Source: Eledone cirrhosa (taxonomy: Eukaryota). From it: DNA of 64,000 nucleotides. This document shows positions 1 to 13,789 of this stretch, one piece after another; within the stretch, counting starts at the first letter, position 1, and each line of letters starts with the position of its first letter. The stretch spans positions 203,174,001-203,238,000 of the forward strand of contig OZ024742.1 of assembly GCA_964016885.1 (NCBI GenBank), in the 5' to 3' direction. The position numbers and the translations under genes were made by a program. The notes under the pieces were generated by a model. The model was given only the letters and a program-made list of their open reading frames with translations, was not told the origin of the DNA and made no database searches.

Positions 1-237
1 TGTTTTACTTATTGTTTCGACTTCCTCCCCTCCCCCTAGTATCTTCTTTGACCTCCTGCACAGCCGTAGTTAGCACTATCAACGCACGACTGGGTTTCTT
101 TCACCCCCTCTCCCTCTTTCTTCTAATGTCAGGTTCAGCTACCCTCCCTCCACAAATTGCCATGATAGAATTATTATGTCTCAACAACAAACTTTTGACC
201 AATCCTTGTGACAATCACTTTTACCATATATGGAATT

Positions 238-333
238 ACCCCCTGAGAAGCTCGGCTATTCAAATACCAGGATAAAAATGTTCATTTAGTCCAGAATTAG
301 CCGTTGAAACGGCTTGAACTCAGCCGTCGGGGT
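238..333 (+). ncRNA. Type-I hammerhead ribozyme motif, family F1 (long helix II; core CUGAGAA, one mismatch to CUGANGA)
   Basis: Stem I acccc(238-242)/ggggt(329-333); ctgagaa 243-249; helix II cggcta...tagccg; gaaa 306-309; helix III cggct-tgaactc-agccg; GUC cleavage triplet 326-328. A ~95-bp tail follows and ends at (TA)n. Confidence 0.75.
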
Positions 334-424
334 CCTACTCGTTCCTATTACCCACTCTACTACCCTAAGTATTGACTACTTTGGTGCGTTATGGTCCACC
401 TGGTTCCTTACCACATTTTCTTCG

Positions 425-426
<2 letters not shown>

Positions 427-483
<57 letters not shown>

Positions 484-630
484 CACATGTGTATGTCTGT
501 GTATAGAGAGAGATTGAGTGGGGAGATACAGGTACATACACACATACACTGACGAACAAATACATACAGAGAATTTGTCGATATGCTATCCAACAGCTGC
601 CACCGAGATGAAAATGTGTACGTGTACTAC

Positions 631-671
<41 letters not shown>

Positions 672-875
672 CGTCTTTATACGTACGCAGACAAATATAT
701 ATAATTATGTTCACACATAAAATCATTAGACTTGTGTGGATTTAGGTGCTTGTGGTGGGCGCATATTCTAATGGATATGCGTACATCAGTAGAGCGGATG
801 CATTCACAGGGCAAACCTAATATGACATATGATAATTGTTTACACACCCACACACGCACACACACAGACACACAC

Positions 876-939
<64 letters not shown>

Positions 940-1204
940 CTGCCTTTTCTTTTTACTGTGCTTTAATGTGTTGGTGTGTCGGCAAATATATGTGTAGGCG
1001 TGTCTCTATGTGTGTAAGTGTGCCTAAGTGAGTATGCAATGTAACATATATGTGTGTGTGTGTGTGTTTGGAGGTGGTGAACACATGTGCATTGTGGTTT
1101 ACGTCTCCTTTGTGTAGCTGTATATTATTATGTAAGTGCCTGTGCATATGTGTATAAGTGTCAAATCATGCACGTATGCATATATATATATATACATATA
1201 CGTC

Positions 1205-1247
<43 letters not shown>

Positions 1248-1250
1248 GTC

Positions 1251-1307
<57 letters not shown>

Positions 1308-1518
1308 GTATATATGTATGTATATATATATACATAAATATGTATGTATGTATATATATATATACATATATATGTATGTATATATATATATGTATATATA
1401 TATGTATATATATATATGTATATATACATATATATGTATGTATATATATATACATATATATGTATGTATATATATATACATATATATGTATGTATATATA
1501 TATATATACATATATATT

Positions 1519-1560
<42 letters not shown>
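427..1560. repeat. (TA)n/(CA)n/(TATG)n microsatellite cluster
   Basis: Direct reading; source of the YIYIYI-type ORFs. Confidence 0.95.
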
Positions 1561-1843
1561 TTCATAATGTATTTTTAACTCTGATACTGGTTCAGTCTAG
1601 TTCAACTGAATTGGTCTGTCCCGGTCATTCATTGAGCAACATCGGTGAAGTTGGCACCCTTAACTCACAGTTGGGTGCGGATGCATTCATGTATATATGT
1701 GTGTGTCCGCATGTATCTGTGTGTTTCTAAATATATTGTTAATAACTCGCTCTGGTCGAGCAATCTTTGAAGTGTGGGGACAGCTGGAAAGCTTCCATTA
1801 CTCATACTTCTCGCCTCCTTCACCACCTCTTCTGCGGCCTCGA

Positions 1844-1851
1844 TATAAATA
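1844..1851 (+). promoter_or_regulatory. TATA box (TATAAATA) ~150 bp upstream of hammerhead F2; putative pseudo-LTR promoter
   Basis: tataaata in a pyrimidine/GC-rich island upstream of the ribozyme motif on the same strand. Confidence 0.35.
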
Positions 1852-2002
1852 CCCCCTCCGCCTCCGTGGTATTTTCTTCGGGGTTATAAGAGGCTTATCT
1901 CTGTTTCTCGACCGTTATATCGCGTGACTATCTCCCCCTCCGCCTTTCGGGATTCTTTCTCACGTCGTGTAGACGCGTTCTTGAGACTAGTAAAATGAGG
2001 TA

Positions 2003-2092
2003 TCCTCTTGATAAGTCGGCAGACCTCGCAAGGACTCTATATCTTTATGATATATTGTTTTTGTTTATGCCACGAAACTACGTAGTCGAGGA
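2003..2092 (+). ncRNA. Minimal type-I hammerhead, family F2 (U3:A8 covariant core UUGAUAA)
   Basis: tcctc(2003-7) ttgataa(2008-14) gtcggca...tgccac gaaa(2074-77) ctacgtag (palindromic helix III) tc gagga(2088-92); GUC site. Confidence 0.8.
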
Positions 2093-2159
2093 ATTTAGAA
2101 GCAGTTTAGGTATGATACATTTTATTACTAATTATATCTAAATGTTTCTTCTCTCTTCA

Positions 2160-2365
<206 letters not shown>

Positions 2366-3189
2366 CTGTATATATATTGGTGAAATATAACTGTATTAGT
2401 TTGCTAGGATGACGAATGAAACTTGTCATGTACTAAACGTCAATTAATTATGTCGTATATATAAGAATGTGTCGTAGATATATTCAAGGGCTGTTTGCTT
2501 AGCAAAACTGTATTTGCTCTCTTAATGGAAATACGCACCCCTAGATATACAGTTGCAAATTAAGTATAGGTATATAGCCTCAACGGAGGGCCCACACCGT
2601 CTCGAGCGAAAAGCCATTCGTTGGTAACTAACTAAGATTTCAATAAAATGGAGTGAACGTCGTTTAGTGTTTGTGTAAATGTCAAGGTACATATATGTAT
2701 ATTAATGCGACTTAATGGAAAAAGAAAAATATGGTAATCTGTATATAACAAGGGACATAAAAATTAATCGATTTATGTGGTGTGGGGGAAGTTAATAAAA
2801 ACTACAGTGGTAGCTGTGTAGTGTTGAACTCTAAGTATAATCCCTGGAGGGATGTGTAGAACAGCAACAACAGTAAGATTAACAACTGCAATAGAGGGAG
2901 CTTCTCCCTGGTTCCATCACAGGTCGAGGAATAGTAGCTAAAGCTCCCTCAAATAACCTTCAAATCAAGTAAGTAAGCAGTATCTAAATCTCTTTGAAGT
3001 CACTCAGGTCACCTAAACCTAACCTAAATCTCACTCGAGCTTCACTCTAGTCGCACACTCGTCAAAATAATGTCACCCAAACAGTAACAAAATTTCCCTC
3101 AAGTGATTCTAACATTTTTGTAAAACACCTGCAAATGTGAGAAAGATGGTCACGGCTGAAGGCTGATCTGGTTGTAAACTCCACAACCA

Positions 3190-4235
3190 ATAGCACCACT
3201 AGCACCAGCACCCCTTCCACAACTAGAACCACCACCACCACCACCACCACCACCAATATCACCTCCATAACAGTACCCACAACACCTCCTCCTCAACCAC
3301 GAGTACTGCCATCACCTTCAAAGCCAACACCATCTCCACAGCTAGCATCCCAGCACCTCCACAAGCAAAACGACCACCACCTCCGTCACCACCACCACCA
3401 CCCCCACCACAGCCAACACCACCCCCACCCCCACCCCCACCACCATCTCCACAGCCAACACCACCAACACCACCACCACCACCAACACAGCCAACACCAC
3501 CAACACCACCCCCACCACCACCACCATCTCCACAGCCAACACCACCAACACCACCACCACCACCACCACAGCCAACACCACCACCATCTCCACAGCCAAC
3601 ACCACCAACACCACCACCACCACCACAGCCAACACCACCACAACCACCACCACCACCACCACCATCTCCACAGCCAACACCACCAACACTACCAACACCA
3701 CCACCACCACCATCTCCACAGGCAACACCACCAACACCACCACCACCACCACAGCCAACACCACCACAACCACCACCACCACCACCATCTCCACAGCCAA
3801 CACCACCAACACTACCAACACCACCACAGCCAACATCTCCACAGGCAACACCACCAACACCACCACCACCACCACAGCCACCACCACCACCACCACCACC
3901 ACCACCACCACCACCACCACCACCACCACCACCACCACCATCTCCACAGGCAACACCACCACCACCACCACAGCCAACATCACCATCTCCACAGCCAACA
4001 CCATCAACACCACAGCCACCACCACCATCTCCACAGCGAACACCACCAACACCACCAACACCACCAACACCACCACCACCACCACCACCACAGCCAACAC
4101 CTCCGGCACCCCATCCTCACCCCACCACCTCCTCCACCAGCTCCTCCTCCACCACCACCAACACCTCCTCTCCCACCAGCTCCTCCACCACCACCACCTC
4201 CACAGCCAACACCGCGACAACCTCCACCACCACCA
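3190..4235. repeat. CAC-rich minisatellite (recurring caccaccatctccacagccaacaccaccaac)
   Basis: Tandem imperfect units. Confidence 0.9.
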
Positions 4236-4334
4236 TCTTCCCTTCACAGTCACATGACATCCAACAACTGGAAGGTTACTCAAGAAACGGCTTTAAAACG
4301 ATTGCAACGGATTTAAAAAGGATTAGATGATTTT

Positions 4335-6226
4335 GTTGTTATTGTTGTTGTTGTGTTGGTGATAGTGGTGGTGGTGGTGGTGTGGTGGTGGTGGTGGTGA
4401 TGTGGTGATGGTGGTGGTGGTTGTGTTGGTGTTGGTGGTGGTTGTGATGATGCTGGTGGAAGTGGTGGTGGTGGTGGTGGTGGTGGTGGTGGTGGTGGTG
4501 GTGGTGGTGGAAGTGGTGGTGGTTGTGATGATGCTGGTGGAAGTGGTGGTGGTGGTATAGGTGTTGGTGGTAGTGGTGATGGTGGTGGTTGTGATGATGC
4601 TGGTGGAAGTGGTGGTGGCGCTGGTGGTGATGGTGGTGGTTGTGATGATGCTGTTGGAAGTGGTGGTGGTGCTGGTGTTGGTGGTAGTGGTGATGGTGGT
4701 TTTCGTGTTTTAATTGTTGTCAGTGGTAGTGATGATGGTGGGTGTGGTTGTGGTAGTGCTGGTGGTATGTTGTGTGGTTGTTATTGGTGGTGGTTGTGAC
4801 GGTAGTTGTGATAGTGGTATTGGTTGATGTTGTTTATAGTGGTGTAGATATAGCGTTTTGTGGAGGTGATGGTGAGATGATGAGCATGGTTCGTGCTGTT
4901 GTTTGTTGATTTTCGTTGTTGTTGTTGTGGTGGTGGTTGTTGTAGTGGGGATAGCTGTTGTTGTGGTGCTGGTGCTTGTAGTGGGGATAGCTGTTGTTGT
5001 GGTGCTGGTGCTTGTAGTGGGGATAGCTGTTGTTGTGGTGTTGATGCTTGTAGTGGGGATAGCTGTTGTTGTGGTGTTGGTGGTTGTAGTGGGGATAGTT
5101 GTTGTTGTGGTGCTGGTGCTTGTAGTGGGGATAGCTGTTGTTGTGGTGCTGATGCTTGTAGTGGGGATAGCTGTTGTTGTGGTGTTGGTGGTTGTAGTGG
5201 GGATAGTTGTTGTTGTGGTGCTGGTGCTTGTAGTGGGGATAGCTGTTGTTGTGGTGCTGATGCTTGTAGTGGGGATAGCTGTTGTTGTGGTGTTGGTGGT
5301 TGTAGTGGGGATAGTTGTTGTTGGGGTGGTGATGATGGTGGTGATGATTGTTGCTATTGTTGTTGTTGTGGTGCTGGTGGTGGTTGTAGTGGTGATAGTT
5401 GTTGTGGTGGTGGTGGCTGTTGGTGGTGATGATGGTGGTGATGATTGTTGTGGCTGTTGTCGTGGTGGTGGTTTTGGTTGTAGTGGTGATAGTTGTTGTG
5501 GTGGTAGTGGTTGTGGTGGTGGTGGCTGTTGGTGGTTGTAGTGGTGATAGTTGTTGTTGTGGTGGTAGTGGTTGTGGTGGTGGTGGCTGTTGGTGGTTGT
5601 AGTGGTGATAGTTGTTGTTGTGGTGGTAGTGGTTGTGGTGGTAGTGGTTTTGGTTGTGGTGGCTGTTGGCGGTAATGATGGTGGTGATGATTGTTGTTGC
5701 TGTTGTGATGGTGGTGGTGGTTGTAGTGGTGATGATTGTTGTTGCTGTTGTTGTGGTGGTGGTGGTTGTAGTGGTGACAGTTGTTGTTGTGGTGGTAGTG
5801 GTTGTAGTGGTGATCGTTGTGGTGGTGGTGGTGGTTGTTGTAGTGGTGGCTGTTGGTGATGGTGATGGTGATGGTGGCGATGATTGTTGTTGTTGTTGTG
5901 GTGGTGGTTGTAGTGGTGATCGCTGTTGTGGTGGTGGTTGTTGTAGTGGTGGTGTCGGTGCTCGTGGTTGTAGTCGTGATAGTTGTTGTTGTTGTTGTTG
6001 TTGTTGTGGCGGTGGTGCTTGCGACGGCAATAGTAGTATCGCTATTGTTGCTTACTATGATGTTGGTTGTGGTGGTAACAGTAATGTTGCTGGTGGTGTT
6101 TGTGGTATCGGAGCTAATTGTGGGGGCGCTAGTGGTAGTGCTTAGGGGGTGGTAATATTAGAAGTAGAAGTAGCAGTAGTGGTGATAGTACAAGTAGGAA
6201 CAACAACAACAACAGCATCAGCAGTG

Positions 6227-6301
<75 letters not shown>

Positions 6302-6320
6302 CTGGTGGTAATAGTAGTAA
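4335..6320. repeat. GGT/GTT/GTA low-complexity block with a 36-bp minisatellite (tgtagtggggatagctgttgttgtggtgctggtgct, about 11 copies, ~4941-5320)
   Basis: 36-bp period matches the 12-aa CSGDSCCCGAGA pseudo-repeat in the ORF track; (GTA)n at 6229-6300. Confidence 0.9.
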
Positions 6321-6434
6321 ACCTATGGATGATGTAAATGGCAGATTCTACTATCGAAGCAGACATACATACATACATATATAAATGTAAATAACAACAA
6401 CGAGGAGTACAGTTACGACAGATATATGTATATT

Positions 6435-6960
6435 CTTCTTCTTAACAAACTTAGTGAAAGTAACGTTGTGGGGGTCCGAATCCTCAAACACGACTTCCAG
6501 CGAGTCCTGTCAGGAGCAACAATCTTACTCTGGATCTACCACTGGATCTCCTGCCAGTTGGTTTTTGGCCGTACAATCTGTCCAGTGATTCTTTCCTGAG
6601 ACATTCTAACCAGATGTCAGTAATATCGGAGCTGTGATCTCTTAGTTCGGATAAGTAGCTGTTCTAGCTGGAGTGACTGTCTATCATCCGAGCTATGCCT
6701 TCTATTGAGTAATGTTTCTTCAAAGAACCTTCGGAGGAACTCTATTTCGGTCGCTTGTATTTGCGTCGTATTTTTTCGGTCTTTACTTAAGATTCATGAA
6801 CATAGGTAAGTGATGAAATACCGAATTGAAGATAGCGAGTTTAGTTTTTACACCCACCTCTCTTCTGATGACCGAAAGCTGAAGCTGGTGCATTACGGCA
6901 CCAGTTCCTGCAATTCTTGCATTTAATTCAACCTCCTGCCCTCCGTCACCCCTTGTTAAG
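6435..6960 (-). mobile_element. Degenerate RTE-clade LINE 3' fragment
   Basis: Minus-strand translation gives EVELNARIAGTGAVMHQLQ...KTKLAIFNSVF...QIQATEIEFLRR, typical of the RTE post-RT region, with frameshifts; related copy at 14485-14860. Confidence 0.7.
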
Positions 6961-7544
6961 CTTCTCCGGTAAATTCTATGCTAAGTCTCTAGAAAATATA
7001 TATATATCCGAAATAATGAATATATATATATATATATATTCATTATCACCCATTATTTATCTACAGTCACTTCCAGGCTATTTTAGCAGACAAACCAATT
7101 TACCTATAGATATAGACATCATAGATGCCTTTATCTTTATTCATACACCTCCAAACACCCTAGATACATTTATACATCTCTAGGTACTTTCAAATATATT
7201 CACATACTTGTAGCCAACTCAAGACACTCCAAACACACCCATGCCCTTACAGTGTGTTCCAGAAACTCTAATACGCTCTCAGAACCGATGGAACGCCCAT
7301 ATATCCCCAGAAACGCCACGCACACCCACATACATCAGGAATCCCCAGAAACTCTCGTACGTTCTCAGAAACCCATGACACTCTCTTATCACCTAGAAAC
7401 GCCAGGCACACCCATACACATCAGAAACCACCATACACAATCATATAATCCACACGAGAGACTCTTATGCCGTTACGTTCCCTAGCATCCAGCAAGCGAA
7501 TTAGCTTCAGAAATCACCCTTTAACATTGTTGCTGCTATTGTAA

Positions 7545-7733
7545 TAACTCTTTCTACTTTTTGGCACAAGGCCAGCAATTATACCAGCGCATTACTGGTA
7601 CTTTATTTTATCGACCCTGTAAGGATGAATGGCAAAATTAACCTCAGCAGGATTTGAACTCAGACCGTAAAGGGGCATAACTTTATGCTGGAAAGCATGG
7701 CGTCCGACCCTCTACCGGTTCTGCCAATCCACC
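7545..7733 (-). mobile_element. tRNA-derived SINE (family S1)
   Basis: A-box tggcagaaccgg, B-box gagttcaaatcc, central core related to gaggttaactttgcctttcatccttacggggtcgataaaataaagtaccag (resembles the Meta/MESC-type SINE central domain), tail ccttgtgccaaaaagtagaaa. Confidence 0.9.
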
Positions 7734-7879
7734 ATAACTGTTAAAAAGAAAGAAGTGAACATTTCAGCAAACTCAAACCCCCATCGCATTCCAGTTATAA
7801 TCAAACATTTGTTCTTGATGGGGGTGTCATTGTTTAGTCACAGATTAGCCCTGGCAAAGCAGATCTACGGTGGAAGGCA

Positions 7880-9250
7880 TTATAATGTAGTGATGGTGGT
7901 ATTGTGATAAACATAGTTCTCGTAGTAATATCTAACAGTAATGATGATGTTGTGATAAAAGTGATGATGGTGTTATGATGCCAGTGGAGGTCATGGGATG
8001 TTGTGACCACAGTGGTGATATTAGTAGCGTGCAACAATAACGGCAGTGGTAGTGTGTAGCTATGATGGGGGTTGCTGTGATGTCAGTGGTGGTGTTAGTA
8101 GTGTATAGCAATGATGGTGGTCTTGTGATGAGGATGGTTGTAGCGGTCGTGTATTATAACGATGGTGTTGTTGTGAGATCGGTGGTGGTCTTAGTAGTGT
8201 ATAGCAATGATAGTGGTGTTGTGATGGTTGTAGCGGTAGTATATTATAACGATGGTGTTGTTATGAGATCGGTGGTGGTGTTAGTAGCATGTAACAATTA
8301 TGGTGGTGTTGTGATAAGAGCGGCAGTGGTGGTAGCGTGTAGTAATGATGGCGGTGTTGTGAGATCGGTGATAGTGTTAGTAGTGTGTAGCAATGATGAG
8401 AGCGTTGTGATTAGAATGGTTGTGGTGGTTTTGTGTAGCTATGATGGCGGTGTTGTGATGTCATTGGTGATATTAGTAGTGTGTAACAATGATGGTGGTG
8501 TTGTGAGATCGGTGGTGATGTTAGTAGCGTGTAACATTGATAATGATCTTGTGAAGACAGTGGTGTTGTGATAAAAGTGACGAGTATTGTTGTTTTGTGG
8601 TGGTTGTGGTGTTGGTGCTGTTGTGATAAAAATGGAGGTGATAACGGTTTATGGTGACAGCGGTGGTGATATGAGGACAGTGATAGGGGTTATAATGGTG
8701 GTGTTGTGAGGACAGAGATGGGGGGGGGGTATCTGGTGGTGTTGTGAGGACAGTGAGGGGAGGGTGATAATGGTAGTGTTGTGAGGACAGTGATGGGGTT
8801 ATAATGGTGGTGTTGTGAGGACAGGGATGGGGGGTTTATAATGGTGATGTTGTGAGGACAGTGATGGGGGTTATAATGGTGGTGTTGTGAGGACAGTGAG
8901 GGAGTTATAATGGTGGTGGTGTGAGGAGGGTGATGGGGTTATAATGGTGGTGGTGTGAGGAGGGTGATGGGGGGTTATAATGGTGGTGGTGTGAGGAGGG
9001 TGATGGGGGTTATAATGGTGGTGGTGTGAGGAGGGTGATGGGGGGTTATAATGGTGGTGGTGTGAGGAGGGTGATGGGGTTATAATGGTGGTGGTGTGAG
9101 GAGGGTGATGGGGGTTATAATGGTGGTGGTGTGAGGAGGGTGATGGGGGTTATAATGGTGGTGGTGTGAGGACAGTGTCGTTATTGTTGTTGTTGTTAGT
9201 GGTGGTGGTGGTTTATAGCAGTGATGGTGGTGTTGTGCGGATTGTGGTGA
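7880..9250. repeat. GT-rich minisatellites: diverged ~45-bp units (8060-8570) and ~37-bp unit ggggttataatggtggtggtgtgaggagggtgatg (8650-9180)
   Basis: Tandem units read directly. Confidence 0.85.
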
Positions 9251-9518
9251 CCACCCACACCACCGCCACCATCATCACCACCATCACCACCACCACCCAC
9301 TACCACCTCTACCACCAGCACACTACCCCTCCCACGCCACCACCACCTCCAAGCTATCTACAGCCCTAATTAGAGAAAGAATTAATTAACCAACAAGGAA
9401 GAAGTTCATTATTAATTCCCCCCCCCCGACCACCACCAGTACCCACTACACCCCTCCCCTCCCCCCGTCGATTCACTGTCGATTTCGACTTCATTTATTT
9501 TTTCTTCTGAGCCACTTC

Positions 9519-9532
9519 GTAACCATAGCAAC
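9519..9532. promoter_or_regulatory. RFX X-box-like palindrome GTAACCATAGCAAC
   Basis: Matches the RFX consensus GTNRCC-AT-RGYAAC; lies in a unique island between satellites. Confidence 0.4.
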
Positions 9533-9539
9533 AACATTT

Positions 9540-9573
9540 GCTGCTAATATTGCTGCTGATGTTTTGGGTGTCA

Positions 9574-9641
<68 letters not shown>

Positions 9642-9676
9642 GCTGGTGTTGTTGTTGCTGTTGTTGTTGATGTTGC

Positions 9677-9709
<33 letters not shown>

Positions 9710-9763
9710 GGTTGTTGCTGCTGCTGTTGTTGTTGCTGTTGTTGTTGTTGTTGTTGTTGTTGC

Positions 9764-9857
<94 letters not shown>

Positions 9858-10021
9858 GGTGGTGGTGTTGTTGTTGCTGTTGTTGATGTTGCTGCTGCTG
9901 TTGTTGTTGTTGTTGTTGTTGCTACTGTTGTTGTTGTTGTTGTTTTTGTTTTTGTTGTTGTTGCTGTTGTTGTTGTTGTTGCTGTTGTAGTTGTTGCTGT
10001 TGTTGTTGTTGTTGTTGCTGC

Positions 10022-10053
<32 letters not shown>

Positions 10054-10057
10054 CTGC

Positions 10058-10088
<31 letters not shown>

Positions 10089-10117
10089 GCTGCTGTTGCT
10101 GCTGCTGCTGTTGTTGC

Positions 10118-10208
<91 letters not shown>

Positions 10209-10425
10209 GCTGCTGCTGTTGTTTTTGTTGCTGTTGTTTTTGTTGCGGTTGTTGTTGTTGTGGCGGTTGTAGTTGTTGTTGTTTTTTGTTGCTGTTGTTG
10301 CTGTTGTTGTTGCTGTTGTTGCTGTTGTTGCTGTTGTTGCTGTTGTTGTTGTTGCTGTTGTTGCTGTTGTTGTTGTTGCTGTTGTTGTTGTTGTTGTTGT
10401 TGTTGCTGTTGTTGATGTTGTTGCT

Positions 10426-10460
<35 letters not shown>

Positions 10461-10484
10461 TGTTGCTGGTGTTGTCGTTGATGT

Positions 10485-10516
<32 letters not shown>

Positions 10517-10703
10517 TTGTTGTTGCTGTTGTTGCTGCTGTTGTTGCTGTTGTTGTGGTTGTTGTTGTTGTTGCTATTGTTGTTGTTGCTATTGTTGTTG
10601 TTGTTGTTGTTGCTTAGGTTGTTGTTGTTGCTGTTATTGTTGTTGCTGTTGTTGCTGCTGTTGTTGTTGTTGCTGTTGCTGTTGTTGTTGCTGTTGTTGC
10701 TGG

Positions 10704-10735
<32 letters not shown>

Positions 10736-10830
10736 CTGTCGTGGTGGTTGCTATTGATGTTGTTGTTGTTGCTGTTTTTGTTCTTGTTGTTGCTGTTGTT
10801 GTGGTTGTTCTTGCTGTGCTTTTTTGCTGC
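9540..10830. repeat. (GTT)n/(GCT)n trinucleotide array, ~1.3 kb
   Basis: Direct reading; gives poly-L/V/C pseudo-ORFs. Confidence 0.95.
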
Positions 10831-11110
10831 TGATGCGGCTGTTGCTGATGATGATGGCGACGAAGTCTTCTATGATGACGATGTTGGTGATGATGATGAA
10901 TATCATCAGGATGATACTGCGGTTGCTGTTGCTGTTGTCGTCTAGCGGCAAATCAGAATACATGAACGGACTATAATTCCAGTTATGTCCACCACGTATA
11001 TTTAAGGATATTTATGTATATAAAAAAGAAATACTTTGTTAAATATTTCATTTCATAAAGACTGTAGAAAAGTATTATTTGCGGCAGGTGTGGCTGCTAT
11101 TTCTAGGAAA

Positions 11111-11297
11111 TAATTGTTTCTACTTTTGGCACAAGGCCAGAAATTAGCCCAGTGTATTACTGGTACTTTATTTTATCGACCCTATAAGGATGAAAGGCAA
11201 AGTTTACCTCGGCGGGATTTGAACTCAGACCATAAAGGGCCCTAACTCTTTGTTGCAAAGTATGGCGTCCGACTCTCTACTGATACTGCCAATCCAC
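11111..11297 (-). mobile_element. SINE S1
   Basis: Same head, core and tail as 7545-7733. Confidence 0.9.
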
Positions 11298-11779
11298 ACG
11301 ACTACATAGGCGTTATAATTGCCGTTACTGTGGTTAACGTCGACGTTCTTGTGGAAATTCTAGGCATCAACCATCATAAATTGTCTAGTCTGTTCTGGAG
11401 TATTTTCGTCTCGAGGACTATGGATAGTTTCCAGAAATTCATGGCATGGCACTGCCAGTTTGACAGAATTGCTGTCCGATGTGCACAGACCGCTAAAACC
11501 GTTCTGCACACACACGTTCAGCGTCCGAACATAGCTGACTTGTGAAAATATCTCGTACAGCTGTTAGCACGTGTAGGACGGAGCCGACTATTAGTTGAAA
11601 CCTCTGTGAAGATCACTTCGTCGCTTTTCTTTGACCGAAATTAGCAGACAGTGTTTATACATCTGGTGGCCATAGCGAAAGAGGTTGTGTGGAGGACGAG
11701 ATTGAAGGGGCTGAATTAAGGCATTTTCCTCTTTAGCCAACCCTAATAGGCTTTGTCAAGTTTTATTTGAAAAGGAAAT

Positions 11780-12235
11780 TGATGTTATGCCTTTATTTAT
11801 TAGCAAAAGGTCTTTACAGCCAAATAAGTCTTTGAAGCATTCTTTCTGTTCTTTTTGGAGCAGGTTGTTTTTTTCCCAGATTCTTTGTCAGTTTTTGTGT
11901 AGGAAGACATATTATGGGACTGGAGGTTTTTAAGTTGCTGTGTCTTTATTCTTGGGGATCAGGGTGGTTTTACCCTTAGAGAGCCAGTCAGGTGTTTTTT
12001 TTACTCTCTCAGCATCTTATTAAACATTTTTGCAAGTACACCATTTCCCTGTTAAATATTTCAACCAGATGTTTAGGATCTTGACATGTCCTGCTACCTT
12101 CGAGATGCTAGCTTATTTGCAGTGTGCTAGACACATTATCTATTGTAACATCTTCCCACAGGTGCTGTATTCGTTATTCTTACTTGTTCTGCACATGGCA
12201 ATTTCTCTTGTTTTGCTTATTTTACTTTCGGGTCT
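11780..12235 (-). mobile_element. Degraded R4-clade LINE RT N-terminal fragment
   Basis: Minus strand PDWLSKGKTTLIPKNKD...NNLLQKEQKEC...GCKDLLLINK aligns by eye to PEWLTKGTTVLIMK...NNLLPDEQKGC...GTKDQLLIDK of the 58014 ORF; stops and frameshifts. Confidence 0.7.
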
Positions 12236-12274
12236 GCATTTATCTGTATTGTTAGTATTATTGGTAGAATTGTT

Positions 12275-12396
12275 CAAATCGATCTGGGTTCAAATCCCGC
12301 CGAGGTTGACTTTGCCTTTCATCCTTACGGGGTCGATAAAATAAAGTACCAGTAATGCACTGGGTAATTGCTGGCCTTGTGCCTAAAGTAGAAACA
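12275..12396 (+). mobile_element. 5'-truncated SINE S1 with 18-bp TSD
   Basis: attattggtagaattgtt at 12257-12274 and 12397-12414; inserted at the head of an older SINE. Confidence 0.85.
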
Positions 12397-12400
12397 ATTA

Positions 12401-12600
12401 TTGGTAGAATTGTTAGAGCGTCAGACAAAATGCCTTATGGCCTTATACGTTCTGAGTTCAAATCCCGCCGAGGTTAACTTTACCTTTCATCCTTACGACT
12501 TCGATAAAATAAAGTACTATTAATGCACTGGAGTTGATTTAATAGACTTTATCCTCCCCCCAAATTGCTGGCCTTGTGCCAAATGTAGAAACAATTACTA
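12401..12600 (+). mobile_element. SINE S1 (longer subfamily)
   Basis: B-box gagttcaaatccc, core, tail gtagaaacaattactatt. Confidence 0.85.
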
Positions 12601-13253
12601 TTATTATTGTTATTGATGGTGGTGATGATGATGATGATGTTAATGTGTTGTTGTTTCTGTTTATCTAGAGCTATTTCGCGTAATACTTATTAAATTCTTA
12701 ATCACTGATAATCTCATCTAGTAGATCTGACAATGAATTAACTAACATCACAGACAGTCTCGAAAACAAAATGTAATTTAGTACATGTACCGTTAGTTTG
12801 TGCATGTCAGGCACTCACAACCCACCCTTTACTAAACAGCCAATGCAAATACAATATTGCGAATGGAATTTGTTATACAATTATTAGCCTCCGAGTTCAA
12901 TCCTACTGCGTGGCACTTTGAGATAATACCATAATTTCGGGTGGATCGCAAGATATGAAATTGAGTAGACAGAAACTGTTTAGAAGATCATCTGATGGAC
13001 TGTATTCAAAAGGCCAGCCTTGTCACACACTGTATAGCACCGAATCTGCCCGAGAATTATATTGTTAATAGACATATCTCTGGAATACTCAGCCACTTAC
13101 ATATTTGTTTCACGGTCAGGCTGTTCCATTTGTCAAACAACTTGAACATGCATTGTTGAAATCGACGGCTATCTATTCTAGTCAGGCAATGTCGCAGATG
13201 GAACACCAACGTTAGTGTTTTTTAACTATTTATTTTTTAATTTTATTGTCTGA

Positions 13254-13530
13254 GGCGGCGAAATGGCAGAGTCGTTAACACGTCGGATAGAATGCTTTAC
13301 GGTAATTTCTCCACCTCGTTGCGCCCTCTGAGTTCAAATCCCGCCGGGGTCAACTTTGTTTTTCATCCTTTCGAGGTCGATAAATAAAAGTACCAGTACT
13401 AGCCTCGATTCTTCCTGTATAGAAGAAATCGTCTGTGTTCAGACCTGGAGAAGGTTGGGCTCCGCCAGGTTTAAAAGTGCCCCAGACACGCCATTTGACA
13501 GTGCTTCTACGACTCCTTAAGGAGTTATAT
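13254..13530 (+). mobile_element. SINE S1 head and core followed by an alternative ~120-bp tail
   Basis: Head/core 13254-13401; the tail ttcagacctggaga...gggctccg...ctacgactcc recurs at 21785-21905 behind another S1 head. Confidence 0.7.
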
Positions 13531-13789
13531 GATCTTTATCCTTTTGCATAGAAACATAGGGGGTGAGCATGATCGACTATAAGTTGTTAGCCAAAATTAA
13601 AAAGTGTCTGTTAGCAGTTATTTGAGTTGCACCCACAATAAAACCACTTTTATGATAGCCACCAGGAAAAGGAAAATTTCGTGTCCTTCCAGACCAAAGA
13701 AAGGCGATGAGTGATCTTCACGACAGCTTCAGTGATAGATTCATGCGACAACAGTTGTTCAACAATGTTGCGTATGAGTTAAATGTTAA

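Noticed and set aside
2538-2590. Minus-strand ccgttga...gcaa...ta-gggg hammerhead-like pattern
   Set aside because: Multiple core mismatches and no convincing helix II or III.
4893-6145. Cys/Gly-rich ORFs resembling keratin-associated protein or metallothionein
   Set aside because: Translation of a 36-bp GT-rich minisatellite; several frames are open and there is no gene structure.
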